NCBI RefSeq assembly: GCF_963921235.1
Contig: NC_086108.1
Location: 45,262,001-45,326,000, forward strand
DNA length: 64,000 bases
Reading direction: 5' to 3'
DNA from: Mobula hypostoma
Taxonomy: Eukaryota
Position 1 is the stretch's first letter. Each line of letters begins with the position of its first letter. The notes under the pieces are model-generated. The model was not told where the DNA came from and searched no databases. It saw only the letters and a program-made list of their open reading frames with translations. Below, piece after piece: positions 25,721 to 39,165 of this stretch. The translations under genes and the position numbers were made by a program.

Positions 25721-28369
25721 ATGGATGTAAAATGGATCTACATAACATTGAAACTGTATGTGAATAACTCCCATTGCTCTACCATCATTTACCTAATTTA
25801 CCAAATTTATTCTGTTTGTTGTTGCTGATCTCTGTTTTACTTTCACTGAATATGACACTGGCCCAAAGAGATTGGGCTGAACCTTGGTGGGAAACAATGG
25901 TTCCATACCTAACTCCCAGCATTCCTCAGTATGTTTGGGGTTTTCATGCAAAGGCAAGTGCTCAATTTTGGTGGAAACTCTTCATTCGTATTTGTTGACT
26001 GCTGTTTGATGTTGGACTTTTCATGGAGGTTGGGAATGGTGGACAAACTTGCTGCAGTTCCTCAGCACTTAGGCATGAGGTTCTGTCTGCTGAATGTGTG
26101 CCAGGTTAGAACTGGCACTGGAACAGCAAGTCCATTCATCCCATTCGAAGCGAATGGCTGCACAGGACTGGGATTAGTAATAGTTCATTTACATTTTTAA
26201 ACTGACTTCATTTGGTTAATGTGCTTTAAAATCTTTTAATTTTTAACCTTGTTAGTTTTCATTTTTCTTTAACTTTTGAATTTCAAGAACATTGAGAAGT
26301 TTTCAGAGTTTACCTCTCATTATATCTGTCAACATGTTTACAGCTCTTCCTGTATCATTTTCTCTTGATGTGTTTGGTTTACATTCTGGCTGTCTTGCAG
26401 CCATATCTGGGTAATGGTTTCCATGTCAATCCTTCCAAGCTGAATTTGCATTTGTAAGTTACTATGCCTTTCCCATTCTTGCGTGTTTGTACAGCAACCT
26501 TTACTTGAGCCTATACTTTAACTTGTTGTAAGGTGTTTACTTGCACATTTCTTCTTTCCTGAGTACTGGTGTAATTACCTTAACCTCTTGGTCTTCCAGC
26601 TGCCCATCTGACTAAAGTGTGGTGATCCTTCCTGAAAGTGTGATAGCCAGAATTGTACACCAAACTTGGTTTGCTTTGTAAATCTTTAACATTTTTACTA
26701 TAAATTCTATGCTTTAGGATGTCATATGCTTCACTAACTGCTTTGTTACTCCATCCTGCCTCCGTCAGCAAAGATACGTGCACATTTACCCCACATTTCT
26801 CTGTACATACACTTCTTTAAGCTTGTGCAATCTAGTTTTCATTGTCCTTTGCCATTATATCTTCAAAAAAATCACCTCAGACTTTTCTGTGTTGAACTTT
26901 ATCTGCCATATGTTGCTCACTCCACAGCCCTCCCCCCCCCCACCCCACCCAACCCCAATTGGAAGTCCAAGTCATTCATATTGGAACACCAGCAGTTGTA
27001 GTATTGAACTTTAGTGAAGTGGGAATATCTCTTTCCCGTCCTAAGGTTATCTATTCCCTTCTATTTTTGACCCCTTGAACAGTAAAATGTTCACAGTGAT
27101 ACTACTCCATCATCCAGAGGGCTTCAGTTTCACCAATATCTGATCAGTGGTGTTTTGTCTAATCTTATTTGAATTCCTATAACCATAATATTAACTGCAC
27201 TGCCTGGATACCCTCACTGTTCTTTCATCAAAAAAATAGAATCATTTTCTCAATTGTGACTTTTTTTCAGCAGATACATGCTGACTCTCTTTTATAAACG
27301 TTTATATTTGTCATTTGTTACACCAAAAACTGAAAATGTTACTTGTGAAATCTGGTCCAGTTTTGGGCTTTCTATTAATAGCTTTTCCACATGGTTAAGA
27401 TATTTGATTATTTTCTGTTTTATGAGTGCATGATGTGCATAATTGGCTGTAAGATATTTGCACATAAGAAAATAAATGTGATGCTAAAGTATGACGAATC
27501 TTCCATGACACAACACGTGGTGAGCTGGATGATATAGCAGTAGCAGGGATAAGAAATATTTTCATAATATTGATGAAGGTAAATAATTAGGAGTTCGCCT
27601 GAAGCTCAAAAGGAAAGTTTGTTGGGGTGTTTCAATAAAAAGTGAAAGGGAAATCACAGGATTGGGCTGATTTAGAAGTGTAGATTAAGACTCTGGTTAC
27701 CTTGATGAGGCAAGATATCTTGGAATTTGGCAGCACGGGAAACAAAAGAAATTGAGGTTTGGCAGGTTGAAGATGGGAATTTTGCAGCAGTGTGGAAGAC
27801 ATTTTGTGGTTTGCTCTTGTGACACCCATATTAGCATTGTTTACATAGTTGAGTCTTTATGTAAGCCACATTGATTTAAGAATTTTAAGAGGCACTCAGC
27901 ATATTTTTTGTCCCATATTTAACTACTTTTAAAACATATGGAATTTTTGAAGCAAAAGATTATTGCTCAAATGAATTTTCACCTTGTAATGCTTTACATC
28001 TGTCATAAAAGGAGCAAAAAGTAAATTGAATGAAGAAATTATTTGATTTCTCCGATTCTGAAAATGATTAATTTTGCAAAAGCAAATATTGTGTACCCAT
28101 TTTCAGTAGAAAGAGAATAATTTCTGTAAACTTCTTTCTTTAAAGTCAATATTGAAATTTTGATAATACTTTACAGATGAAACTTTACTTGAAAAGAATT
28201 GAGTTGTGATTAATCTTTTCAAATAATTTAGCTAAGTAAAACCTCAGTAAACACTTTGTTCTTTTTTTTTTAGCTTTTTTTAGATTCGACTTTATTGTCA
28301 TTGTGCTGAGTACAGATACAAAGCCAATGAAATGCATTTAGCATCTGACCAGAAATGCACCTCTATTTT

Positions 28370-30290
28370 GTGCATGGTAGGTCACGTGTAGCCAACTTTA
28401 TAGAGTTTTTTGAGGAAAGTTGATCAAGGCAAGTCAGTGGTCTCCTTGATCTCCTTTTAAGGAATGAGACAGGGTAGGTGACAGAAGTTGTTGTAGAGGA
28501 ACACTTTGATCATAATGCCAATAGTTTCAGTATTGCAAGGAACAAGACTGGTCCTCTCGAAGATCAGTAAGGTAATCTATGCATGGGGGAAATGTTAAAT
28601 AGATTTTTTACATCTGTATTTACTTGGGAGATGGACACAGAGTCTATACAAGTAAGGTAAAGCAGCAACAAGTTCATGGACTTGATACAGATTACAGAGG
28701 ACAAGCTGTTTTCTGTCTTGGAGCAAATTAGGGTGGACAAATCCCCAGGGCCTGACAAGGTGATGCTTCGGACCCTATGGGAGGCAAGTGCAGACATTGC
28801 AAGGGCCGTAGCAGAAGTATTTAAATAATCCTTAATAACGTGTGAAGTCCCGGAAGTTTGGAGGAAAGCTAATTTTGTTCCGCTGTTTAAGAAAAGCTCT
28901 AAAAATACACCAGGAAATTATAAGCTAATGAGCCTGACATCAGTAATGGTAAAATTAGTGGAAGTTATTCTAAGGGACCAGATATAGGAGTATTTGGTTC
29001 AACAGGGATTGATTAGGGATAGTCAGCATGGCTTTGTATGTAGTAGGTCATGTCTAACCAATCTTATAGAATTTTTCAAGGGTGTTACCAGGAAAGTTGA
29101 CGAAGGCAAGTCTGTGGATGTTGTCTACATGGGCTTCAACAAGGCACTTGACAAGGTCCCATATGGGAAGTTGGTCAAGGAAGTTCAGTCGCTCGTCATT
29201 CAAGATGAGGTAGTAAATTAGATTACTCACTCGCTTTGTGGGAGAAGCCAGAGAGTGGTAGTAGATGGTTGTCGCTTTGACTTCATGCCTATGACTTCTG
29301 GAGTGCGGCAGGGATCGGTGCTGGGTCCTTTGTTGTTTGTCATCTCTATCAGCGATCTAGGTGATAATGCGGTTAATCATATCAGCAGATTTGCAGATTA
29401 CATCAAGATTGTGGGTGTAGTGGATAGTGAGTAAGATTATCAAAGCTTGTAGCCTGATCTGAACCAGATGGGAAAATAGGCTGAAAAATGGCAGATGGAA
29501 TCTAATACAAACAAGTGTGAGGTGTTGTACTTTGGGAGGACCAACCAGGGTAGGTCTTGTATAGTGAGTGGAAGGACAGTATGGTAGAACAACTAGGAAA
29601 TCAGGTCCATAATTCATTGAAAGTGGCATCACAGGTGGATAGGGTTGTAAAGAAAGCTTTTGGCACATTGGCCCTTCCTGAATCAAAGTATTGAGTCCAG
29701 GAATTGGGATGTTATGTTTAAATTGTGTAAGACGTTGGTGAGGCCTAATCTGGAGTATTGTGTTCAGCTTTTGCCACCTCCCTACAGGAAAGTTGTAAAT
29801 AAGATTGAAAGAGTACAGAGGAAACTTATAAGGATATTGCAGGATCTGGAGGACCTGAGTTATAAGGAAAGATTGAAGGAGTTAGGACTTTATTGCCTAG
29901 AACATAGAAGAATGAGGGGAGATTTGATAGTTATACAAAATTATAAGGGATATTGATAGCGTAAATGAAACAGATCTTTTTCCACTGAGGTTGGGCGAGA
30001 CTACAACTAGAGGTCATAGGTTAAGAGTGAAAGGTGAAATGTTTAAGGAGAACATGAGGGGAAACTTCTTCACTCAGAGAGCCATGAGAGTGTTGAAGAA
30101 GCTGCCAGCACAAGTGGTGAATGCAATTTTGATTTCAACATTTAAGAGAAGTTTGGATAGGTACCTGAATGGGAGGGGTATGGAAGGCTGTGTTCTGGGT
30201 GCATGTCGATGGGATTAGGGAATTTAAATGGTTTGACATGGACTAAATGAGTCGAAGGACCTGCTTCTGTGCTGTAGTTTTCTGTGACTA
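28370..30290 (+). mobile_element. Decayed CR1 ORF2 and 3' end
   Basis: SQHGF..RSCLTNLIEFF, DVVYMGFNKALDKVP, LVRPNLEYCVQ and GNFFTQR; many stops. Confidence 0.9.
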
Positions 30291-30294
30291 AAAA

Positions 30295-33026
30295 GATAAA
30301 ATGTCAACTTGCAGTTTCAAAAAGAACACTAGTATACTGTTGATGAAAAATCTGATAATGATGAGATTTACAAACTTAACAAGAGACAGACGATATGGCT
30401 TACACCAGAAGTGAACAGTAAATTAATTGAAATGGAATTGGACACTGGCTCGGCTGTTTTAGTCATTTCACAAAATAAGTTTGAATGGCATTTCAAAGAC
30501 ACTGAATTGAAGTCTCCAGATATCCAGCTAAGAACTTAAGCTGGACAAGAGATAACTCCTGTGGGAATTACGTTTGTAACAGTGAGATACAATGACTAAA
30601 AGCTACATTGGGCTTGTATGTGGTAAAAACAGAAGGGCTAGTGTTGTGGAGACATGATTGGCTGAGACAACTACAACTTGATTGGAGATCCATCCACCAG
30701 TTGCATGCCACATCTTCAACAAAAGAGTCAAGTGAAAGAATTAGGAAAGGAGCCGGATGGTGCCACAGAAATGTTCATGGATGGCATTGGAAAACTCAGA
30801 CATATCAGGGTAAAATAAGGTTAAATGACAATGCTACGCAGAAGTTGTACAAAACCCGTCCAGTTCCTTTTACCATCTGTGATAAGGTAGCCAGTGAGCT
30901 AGATCATGTGAAGGCTGAAGGAACTCTTTCCAAGGTTGAATGGACCCCATAGCAATGCTAATGGTCCCAGTCACCAATAAGATGGGTCTGTTTGGAGCTG
31001 TGAAGTTGTTAAGGTACTGAAAGTAGATAAATACCCTCTGCCCAGGATAGAGGATATCTTTGCAAACCTTTCTGGATGGAAATTTACACAAATGCGCTGA
31101 AAAAGTTCAAGCAGCGGTGGATGTCCAAGGGCCAAAGGATGTCTCACAGTTCTGGTCCTCTTTAGGATTTGTCAATTACTCTAACTGCTTCCTGCCAAAC
31201 CTGTGTGCTGTGCTCAACCCCTTGAACTTGTTACTATAGATTGGGAAGAAATTGCAATGGTGCAAAGCAGTGTGAGGTGGTTTTCAAAAAGCTAAAGGAA
31301 ATGGTGACGTCAGACTCTGTGCTCATACATTATGATCCACATTGTCCAGTGAAGCTTGCCTGTGATACCTCGCCTTACCTTATAGATGCAGTCATGTCAC
31401 ATGTTATGAGTGATGGAAGTGAACACTCCATAGCATTTGCATCACATTCTCGCTACAGAGAAAGATTACACATCAATTGGCAGAGGGGTCTTGAGCCTGG
31501 TTTGGGGTGTAAAATGCTTCGCCCAGAGAGTGCTTCCCCTTGTTACTGATCATCAACCCATGGTGTCTGTTTCCAGTCCATAGAAGGGTGTCCCATTAAT
31601 GGCAGCAGTGTGAATGCAGAGATGGGCTCTGTCTCCTGCAGGACACAATTACAAGATTTATTTCAAGAGGACAACTAGTCATTGAAATGCTGATGCATTG
31701 TCCCATTTATCCTTGGAAAAGGAAATACCTGAAAAATTTTCAAAGAGAACACTCCTCTTGACATATTCTCCCTGATGCAAATCAAGAGTCTCCATTACAG
31801 CAGAGATGATCCAAAGGGAAACCAGAAAGACCCGACACTGTCTCAAGTCTACATGGCCAGAAAATGGCTGGAATATGCAGCAGAAACTCCAGTTCCCCAT
31901 ATTAATCAGCATCAGGATGAGCCTCCCTTATGTGGGGATTGAGAGTTGTTGTACCATTCAAGCTAGGAGATAAAGTGTTGGAGGAGCTATATACCGTCCC
32001 TCTAGGTGTGTTCAAATTGAAGGCGTAGGCTCGATGTCTTATCTGGTGGCCTGGGATAGATCAGCAGATCGAGCAGCATGCCATACACTGTGCGGAATGC
32101 CAACACATCCAGAAGATGCCAGGAGCAGCACCTCTTCACCCTGGGCATAGCCTGCATTGCCCTGGCAGAGGATTCATGTCGATTTTGCCAGACCATTCAT
32201 GGGCACTATTTTCTTGTTTGTTGTTGCGGATGCAGCTACAAATTTGCCTGAAGTGTTCACAATGGCCTCCAATACAGCCTCACACACGAGAGATGTACTG
32301 AGGAGCCTCTTCTCAAAGACTGGTGCTCCAGAACTCTTAGTGACAATGGACTATAGCTTGTTGTGGAACGGTTTCAATTATTCCTGAAAATGCATAGAAT
32401 AAGACATATTACATCTGCGTTGTACCACCCAGCTACAACTGGCTTGGTAGAAAGGTATGTCCAGAATTTAAAGAATGCACTGCAACCAATGTCAGCAGAA
32501 CACACTACACTCATACTGAATCAGAAGCTTGCATATTTCCTCCTTGGATATTGCAATGTAGTACACTCCATAATCCACAACTCACCAGCTATGTTATTCC
32601 TGGGTCCTCCCTTGCGCTCTCTCCTCAAACCCAATCTCGGAAGGGGTATGCAGGAAATACAACTGACACAAATTGAAGGCTCCTCAAATCTGCTGGTTCG
32701 ATGTTTCACTCCTGGACAAGCAGTCCTAGTGAGGGATTACTGAGGTGATCTGAAGAGGGTACTCAGAAAGATTAAGAACAGAACTGGAAAACCCCTCTGC
32801 ACAGTGGAGATTGCATCTGATATCCTCTGGAGAAGATGCAACGATCAGTTGAGGAGAGCAGAGTCAATTGCTGGAGAAGAAAGATGTAGAGAGCTATTAG
32901 ATCCACTTCCTGTAGTCCCAGAGTCAACCCCTACAACCACCACGGAGGAGGCATCAGAACCTGAGATTGTTTCACTGCCGACACTGGAGTGTTGTGTATT
33001 TCATATTTCAGTAAGCTGAATAATAT

Positions 33027-33068
<42 letters not shown>

Positions 33069-33273
33069 TATATATATAGAGTTTGATTAAGCATTCCTTG
33101 TTGTTTACATAATTCATTGCAGGTTACATGTAAAAATATGTGAACGGTATACATCATTATGCCACCATGTCATTCATGTGCACCTTGCGTAAAAAACAAG
33201 TTAGACTCACATTCATGGTTCTCTTGTTTTCCTTTCAATTAGTTTTTATGTTTTAGAGTTACAAAACATAACA
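30295..33273 (+). mobile_element. Decayed Gypsy/Ty3 LTR retrotransposon (protease, RT/RNase H remnants, integrase, 3' LTR)
   Basis: MELDTGSA at about 30432, YPLPRIED, LACDTSPY (RNase H), PWQRIHVDFARPF and YHPATTGLVER (integrase). LTR 32990-33273 starts TGTTG and ends TAACA. Confidence 0.9.
33033..33067. repeat. (TG)n microsatellite inside the Gypsy LTR
   Basis: Direct reading. Confidence 0.95.
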
Positions 33274-33564
33274 ATATCTATCTTTTCAAGGTCTCCACGG
33301 AATGCAGAGCATGGAATGTGTCCCTGCCATTCCTTTCTGTCCCTGTAACCTTTGTACATTGGAACTTAACAGTCAGTAGGATTCAAGATACAGTGCCCAT
33401 AAGTTTGTCCAAACATCCTCTCAACTTTTTCTAAAGGCACAGACATTATATAATGAATGCCTGATTGTCAGTTTGATGCATTCTTCTTTGATAGATCCTA
33501 ACTTTGGCCTCATACTTGAGATTCTTGAACCTCTTCCAGTCTGGGTAGTTTCTCTGCAACCTTG

Positions 33565-34030
33565 AAGTTCAAAGTAAATTTATTATCAAAGTACATGTAT
33601 GTATAACCACGAGATTCATTTTCTTACACAGTAAATGCAAGAAACACAATGGAATCCATGAAAGACTGCACCCAACAGAATGGACAATAACCAATGTGCA
33701 AAACAGGAAACAACGCTGTGTAAATACAAAAAGAAAGAAATAATAGAGATAATAATAATTAAGCAATAGATATTAAGAACATGAGATCAAGAGTCTTTGA
33801 AAGTGAGTCCATAGGTTCTGGGACAGTTCAGTGATGGGGCAAATGAAGTTGGGTGAAGTTACCCCCACTGGTTCAAGAGCCTGATGGTTGAGGAGTATTA
33901 ACTGTTTCTGACCTGGTGTTGTGAGTCCTGAGGCTCCTGTACCTTCTTCCTGATGGCAGCAGCAAAAAGGGAGCATTGTGTAGATGCTGGGGGTCCTTGA
34001 TAATGGATGCTGCGTTCCAGCGACAGCACT
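33565..34030 (-). mobile_element. Rex1-type 3' fragment
   Basis: aagttcaaagtaaatttattatcaaag tail and cttcctgatggcagcag motif, also seen at 41350-41800 and 46945-47545. Confidence 0.75.
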
Positions 34031-34509
34031 CCCTCCACGTAGATCTGCTCAGTAGTACTTATGTGCTCATTTTGTTTGACTATGGTCTCACTTCTCCAAG
34101 GCTAAATAACACCACCCATCTTCTAGGAAAAGGGAGTGAAGAGAGGACTGACTACAAGAAGTCACATACAATTGATCTACATTCTTTGAAATTAAGAAAG
34201 AAGTTCAGAATGAGAAAAACTAAATTCTGTTGGATTACTTAGTTTGTCAGTCATGATCTGTAGAGAGAGAAATAGAGTTATTTTTTCAGGCTAGTGATTC
34301 TTTGCCGAAACTGGAGAACCAAGGAAACAAGTGGATTTTAAGTTGTGGAGGCGAGGGGCAATGGTGATGAGAAAAAAATTAATATCTGTAGAGACCAAGG
34401 AGCTCTCCAGTTAATCACAGTAAAATTGTCTGAGGGAGTATAAATGGGGGGAGATGAATAAAAGAAGCTGGGAAGAGAAACATCCAATCAGCTTGTCAGG
34501 CAGAGCCCA

Positions 34510-37500
34510 GTGTAACGCAAACAAAACACTGCAGGCTCTCAGCATGTCAGGCAGCATCTATGGAAGTGAATAAAGAATCAATGTTTCAGGTCATTTTTAT
34601 CACTGTTAAGGCAGCGGAAAGTGCGGATGTCTGGGAAATGGAGGAAATGCGGGTGAGGGTAGCATCTATGGTGGAGGAAGGAAAATCGTGCTCTGTGATA
34701 TCAATAGACAATAGACAATAGACAATAGGTGCAGAAGTAGACCATTCAGCCCTTCGAGCCTGCACCGCCATTCTGAGATCATGGCTGCTCATCTACTATC
34801 AATACCCGGTTCCTGCCTTGTCCCCATAACCCTTCATTCCCCTATCCATACCTATCTAGCTCCTTCTTGAAAGCATCCAGAGAATTGCCCTCCACTGCCT
34901 TCTGAGGCAGCGCGTTCCACACCTCCACACTCTCTGGGAGAAGAAGTTCCTCCTCAACTCTGTCCTAAATGACCTACCACTTATTCTTAAACCATGCCCT
35001 CTGGTACTGGACTCTCCCAGCATCTGGAACATATTTCCTGCCTCTATCTTGTCCAATCCCTTAATAATCTTATATGTCTCAATCAGATCCCCCCTCAATC
35101 TCCTTAATTCCAACGTGTACAAGCCCAGTCTCTCTAACCTCTCTGCGTAAGACAGTCCGGACATCCCAGGAATTAACCTAGTGAACCTATGCTGCACCTC
35201 CTCCACAGCCAGGATGTCCTTCCTTAACCCTGGAGACCAAAACTGCAAACAATACTCCAGGTGTGGTCTCACCAGGGCCCTGTACAAAAGCAAAAGGATT
35301 TCCTTGCTCTTGTACTCAATTCCCTTTGTAATAAAGACCAACATTCCATTAGCCTTCTTCACTGCCTGCTGCACTTGCTCATTCACCTTCAGAGACTGAT
35401 GAACAAGTACTCCTAGATCTCTTTGTATTTCTCCCTTACCTAACTCCACACCATTCAGATAATAATCTGCCTTCCTGTTCTTGCTCCCAAAGTGAATAAC
35501 CTCACACTTATTCACATTAAACGCCATCTGCCAAGTTTCTGCCCACTCACCCAGCCTATCCAAGTCACCTTGAATTCTCCTAACATCCTCATCACATGTC
35601 ACACTGCCACCCAGCTTAGTATCATCAGCAAACTTGCTGATGTTATTCACAATGCCTTCCTCTAAATCATTGACGTAAATCGTAAACAGCAGTGGTCCCA
35701 ATACCGAGACCTGTGGCACTCCACGAGTCACCACCTGCCATTCCGAGAAACACCCATTCACTGCTACCCTTTGCTTTCTATCGGCCAACCAATTTTCTAT
35801 CCATGTCAATATCCTCCCCTCAATGCCATGAGCTCTGATTTTACCCACCAATCTCCTATGTGATACCTTATCAAATGCCTTCTGAAAGTCAAGGTACACC
35901 ACATCCACTAGATCTCCCGCGTCTATCTTCCTGGTTACATCCTCGAAAAACTCCAATAGAGTAGTCAAGCATGATTCGCCCTTGGTAAATCCATGCTGGC
36001 TCGGCCCAATCCTATCACTGCTATCAAGATATGCCGCTATTTCATCTTTAATAATGGACTCTAGCATCTTCCCCACTACTGATGTTAGGCTAACAGGGCG
36101 ATAGTTCTCTATTTTCTCCCTCCCTCCTTTCTTAAAAAGTGGGATAACATTAGCCATTCGCCAATCCTCAGGAACTGATCCTGAATCTAAGGAACATTGG
36201 AAAATGATCACCAATGCATCTGCAATTTCCAGAGCCACCTCCTTTAGTACCCTAGGATGCAGACCATCTGGACCTGGGGATTTGTTAGCCTTCAGTCCCA
36301 TCAGTCTACTCATCACCGTTTCCTTCCTAATGTCAATCTGTTTCAGTTCCTCTGTTACCCTATGTCCTTGGCCCATCCATACATCTGGGAGATTGCTTGT
36401 GTCTTCCCTAGTGAAGACAGATCCAAAGTACTTATTAAATTCGTCTGCCATTTCTATGTTTCCCATAACAATTTCTCCGAATTCATTCTTCAAGGGCCCA
36501 ACATTGTTCTTAACTATCTTCCTTCTCTTCACATACCTAAAAAAACTTTTGCTATCCTCCTTTATATTCCTAGCTAGCTTGCGTTCATACCTCATTTTTT
36601 CTCCCCATATTGCCTTTTTAGTTAAGTTCTGTTGCGCCTTAAAAATTTCCCAATCATCCGTCTTCCCACTCACCTTAGCTCTGTTATACTTCTTTTTTAA
36701 TGCTATGCTATCTCTGACTTCGTTTGTCAACCACTGTGGCGAACTGATTTTGCACCTTGTGCATTATTCCCAAGAATACCTGCCATTGCTGTTCCACTGT
36801 CTTTTCTGCTAGGATTTCCGACCAGTCAACTTTGGCCAGCTCCTTCCTCATGGCTCCATAGTCTCCTTTGTTCAACTGCAATACTGACACTTCTGATCTG
36901 CCCTTATCCCTCTCAACTTGCAGATAAAAACTTATCATATTATGGTCACTACCTCCTAATGGCTCCTTTACTTCAAGATCACTTATCAAATCCTGTTCAT
37001 TGCACAACACTAAATCCAGAATAGCCTTATCCATGGTCGGCTCTCGTACAAGCTGCTCCATAAATGCATCCCATAGGCACTCTACAAACTCCCTATCCTG
37101 GGATCCAGTACCAACCTGATTTTCCCAGTTCACCTGCATGTTGAAATCCCCCATAATTACTGCGACATTTCCTTTGCCACATGCCATTGTTAACTCCCTA
37201 TTCAACTTGCACCCAATATCCATGCTACTGTTTGGGGGCCTGTAGATAACACCTATTAGGGTCTTTTTGCCCTTACTGTTCCTCAGTTCTACCCACACTG
37301 ATTCTACTTCTCCTGATTCTATGTCCCCCCCTTGCAAGGGACTGAATCTCATTCCTCACCAACAGGCCCACCCCACCCCCTCTGCCCACCTTTCTGTCCC
37401 TTCGATAGCACGTATACCCTTGTACATTCAATTTCCAGGTCTGATCCCCCTGCAGCCATGTCTCGGTTATCCCAACAACATCATAGTTACCCATTCGCAC

Positions 37501-39165
37501 CTGAGCTTCAAGCTCATCCGCCTTATTTCTGACACTTCGTGCATTCAGATATAGAATTTTTAACCCATTTCTCCTCTCTCTGTTTAAATCGCTGCCTATT
37601 GTGCACAACCCAGCTCCCCGAACTCTCACCAGGCTATCCGCCCCTTGAATTTTGTTGTCCTTCTTAAATTTACTTACTCTTTCTGCACATTTAACTCCAT
37701 GCTCCGTCAGACCATCCCTCTGCACATGTATCCTCCTTATCACTTGTTCCACCTCACCTTTCTCTACTTCACACTTAATATTCCGGAACCGTGTAGTCCC
37801 CACCTGTCCTTTATGCTTCATCCCGCTATCCTCTCTCACATTCTGGATCCCTGCCCCCTGCAAATTTAGTTTAAACCCCGCCCCCCCCCCAAGCAGCACT
37901 AGCAAACTTTCCTGCAAGAATGTTAGTACCCCTCCAGTTCAGGTGTAAACCGTCCCGTCGGAACAGATCCCACCTTCCCTGGAACAAAGCCCAATTATCT
38001 AAAACCTGAAGCCCTCCCTCCTGCACCATCCTCTCAGCCACGTATTGATCTGTTTAATCCTTCTGTTCCTCGCCTCACTCGCACGTGGCACAGGTAGCAA
38101 TCCTGAGATTGTTATCCTGGAGGTCCTGCCCTTCAGCTTCACACCTAACTCCCTGAACTCACTACGCAGGACTCCCTCACTCTTCCTACCCACGTCATTG
38201 GTCCCTACATGGACCACAACATCTGGATTCTTGCCCTCCCACTCGAGAATAACCTGCACCCGATCTGAGATGTCCTGGACCCTGGCACCAGGGAGGCAAC
38301 ATACCATCCGAGACTCCTGATCTCCCCCACAAAATCTCCTATCTGCCCCCCTGACTATAGAATCCCTTATGTCATAGAAGGGAAAGCTGTATCCTGGAAA
38401 CTGATGCAGTAGAGATGGAGGAACCGAGAAGAGGCATTTTTACAGGAGACAGAGTGGGAAGAAGTATAGTTAAGATAACTGTGGGAATTGGTAGTTTTAT
38501 AAAAGATGCCAGTCGACAGTTTGTCTCCAGAGATGGAGATAGGGAGATTGAGAAAGGGGACAGAGGTGTCAAAAAAGGACCAAGTGGACTTAAGGGCAGG
38601 GTGAAAGTTAGAGGCAAAGTTGTTGAAATTGATGAGCTCAGCATGGGTGCATGAAGCAGCACCAATGCAGTAGTCAATGTAGCGGAGGAAGAGGTTGGGG
38701 AGCATTATCGGGGAAGGCTTGGAACATGGACAGTTCTACGTAGCCAATGAAGAGGCAGGCATAGCTAGGGCCCATGCAGGTGCACATAGCTACCCCTGAA
38801 GTTTGGAGAAAGTTGGAGGAGCTGAAGGAAAATTTGTTGAGGGCAAGGACCAGCTCTGCCAGATGGAGGAGGGTGGTGTTGGAGGGGAACTGTTTGGTTC
38901 TTTTATTGAGAAAGAAATGGAGAGCTTTAAGTCCTCCTTGATAGTGAATAGAAGTCTATCAGGACTGGACTGAAAATGATGCAGTCAGAACCAAGGATTT
39001 GAAAGTTAGTGAGGAGATTGAGAGCATGAGAAATGTCACGTATGTAGGTGGGGAGGGACTGAACCAAGGGGGATAGAATGGAATTGAGACATGAGGACAT
39101 GAGTTCAGTGGGGCAGGAGCAGGCAGAGACAATAGGCCTACCCAGACAGTCAGGTCCAGGTAACA
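34510..39165 (-). mobile_element. Penelope-like element (RT fragments) split by a CR1 insertion at 34702-38366
   Basis: 38367-39165 gives GRPIVSACSCPTE, MGPSYACLF and FLRYIDYCIG (YIDD-like RT motif). The sequence continues at 34510-34700. Confidence 0.85.
34702..38366 (-). mobile_element. Long CR1 LINE: ORF1 esterase (SGNH/GDSL) C-half, ORF2 APE + RT, (CTATTGT)n tail
   Basis: DSIVRG...VVVHVGTNDV (ORF1); LYLNARS, GITETW, VIYRPP, MGDFN and SDHN (APE); 624-aa RT ORF 34856-36730. A few frameshifts and a short deletion near 36740. Tail at 34702-34728. Confidence 0.96.

Noticed and set aside
34702..34728. Short tandem arrays (also 8336, 54067, 55249, 63470) as CRISPR-like or functional repeats
   Set aside because: No spacers; they are LINE 3' microsatellite tails.
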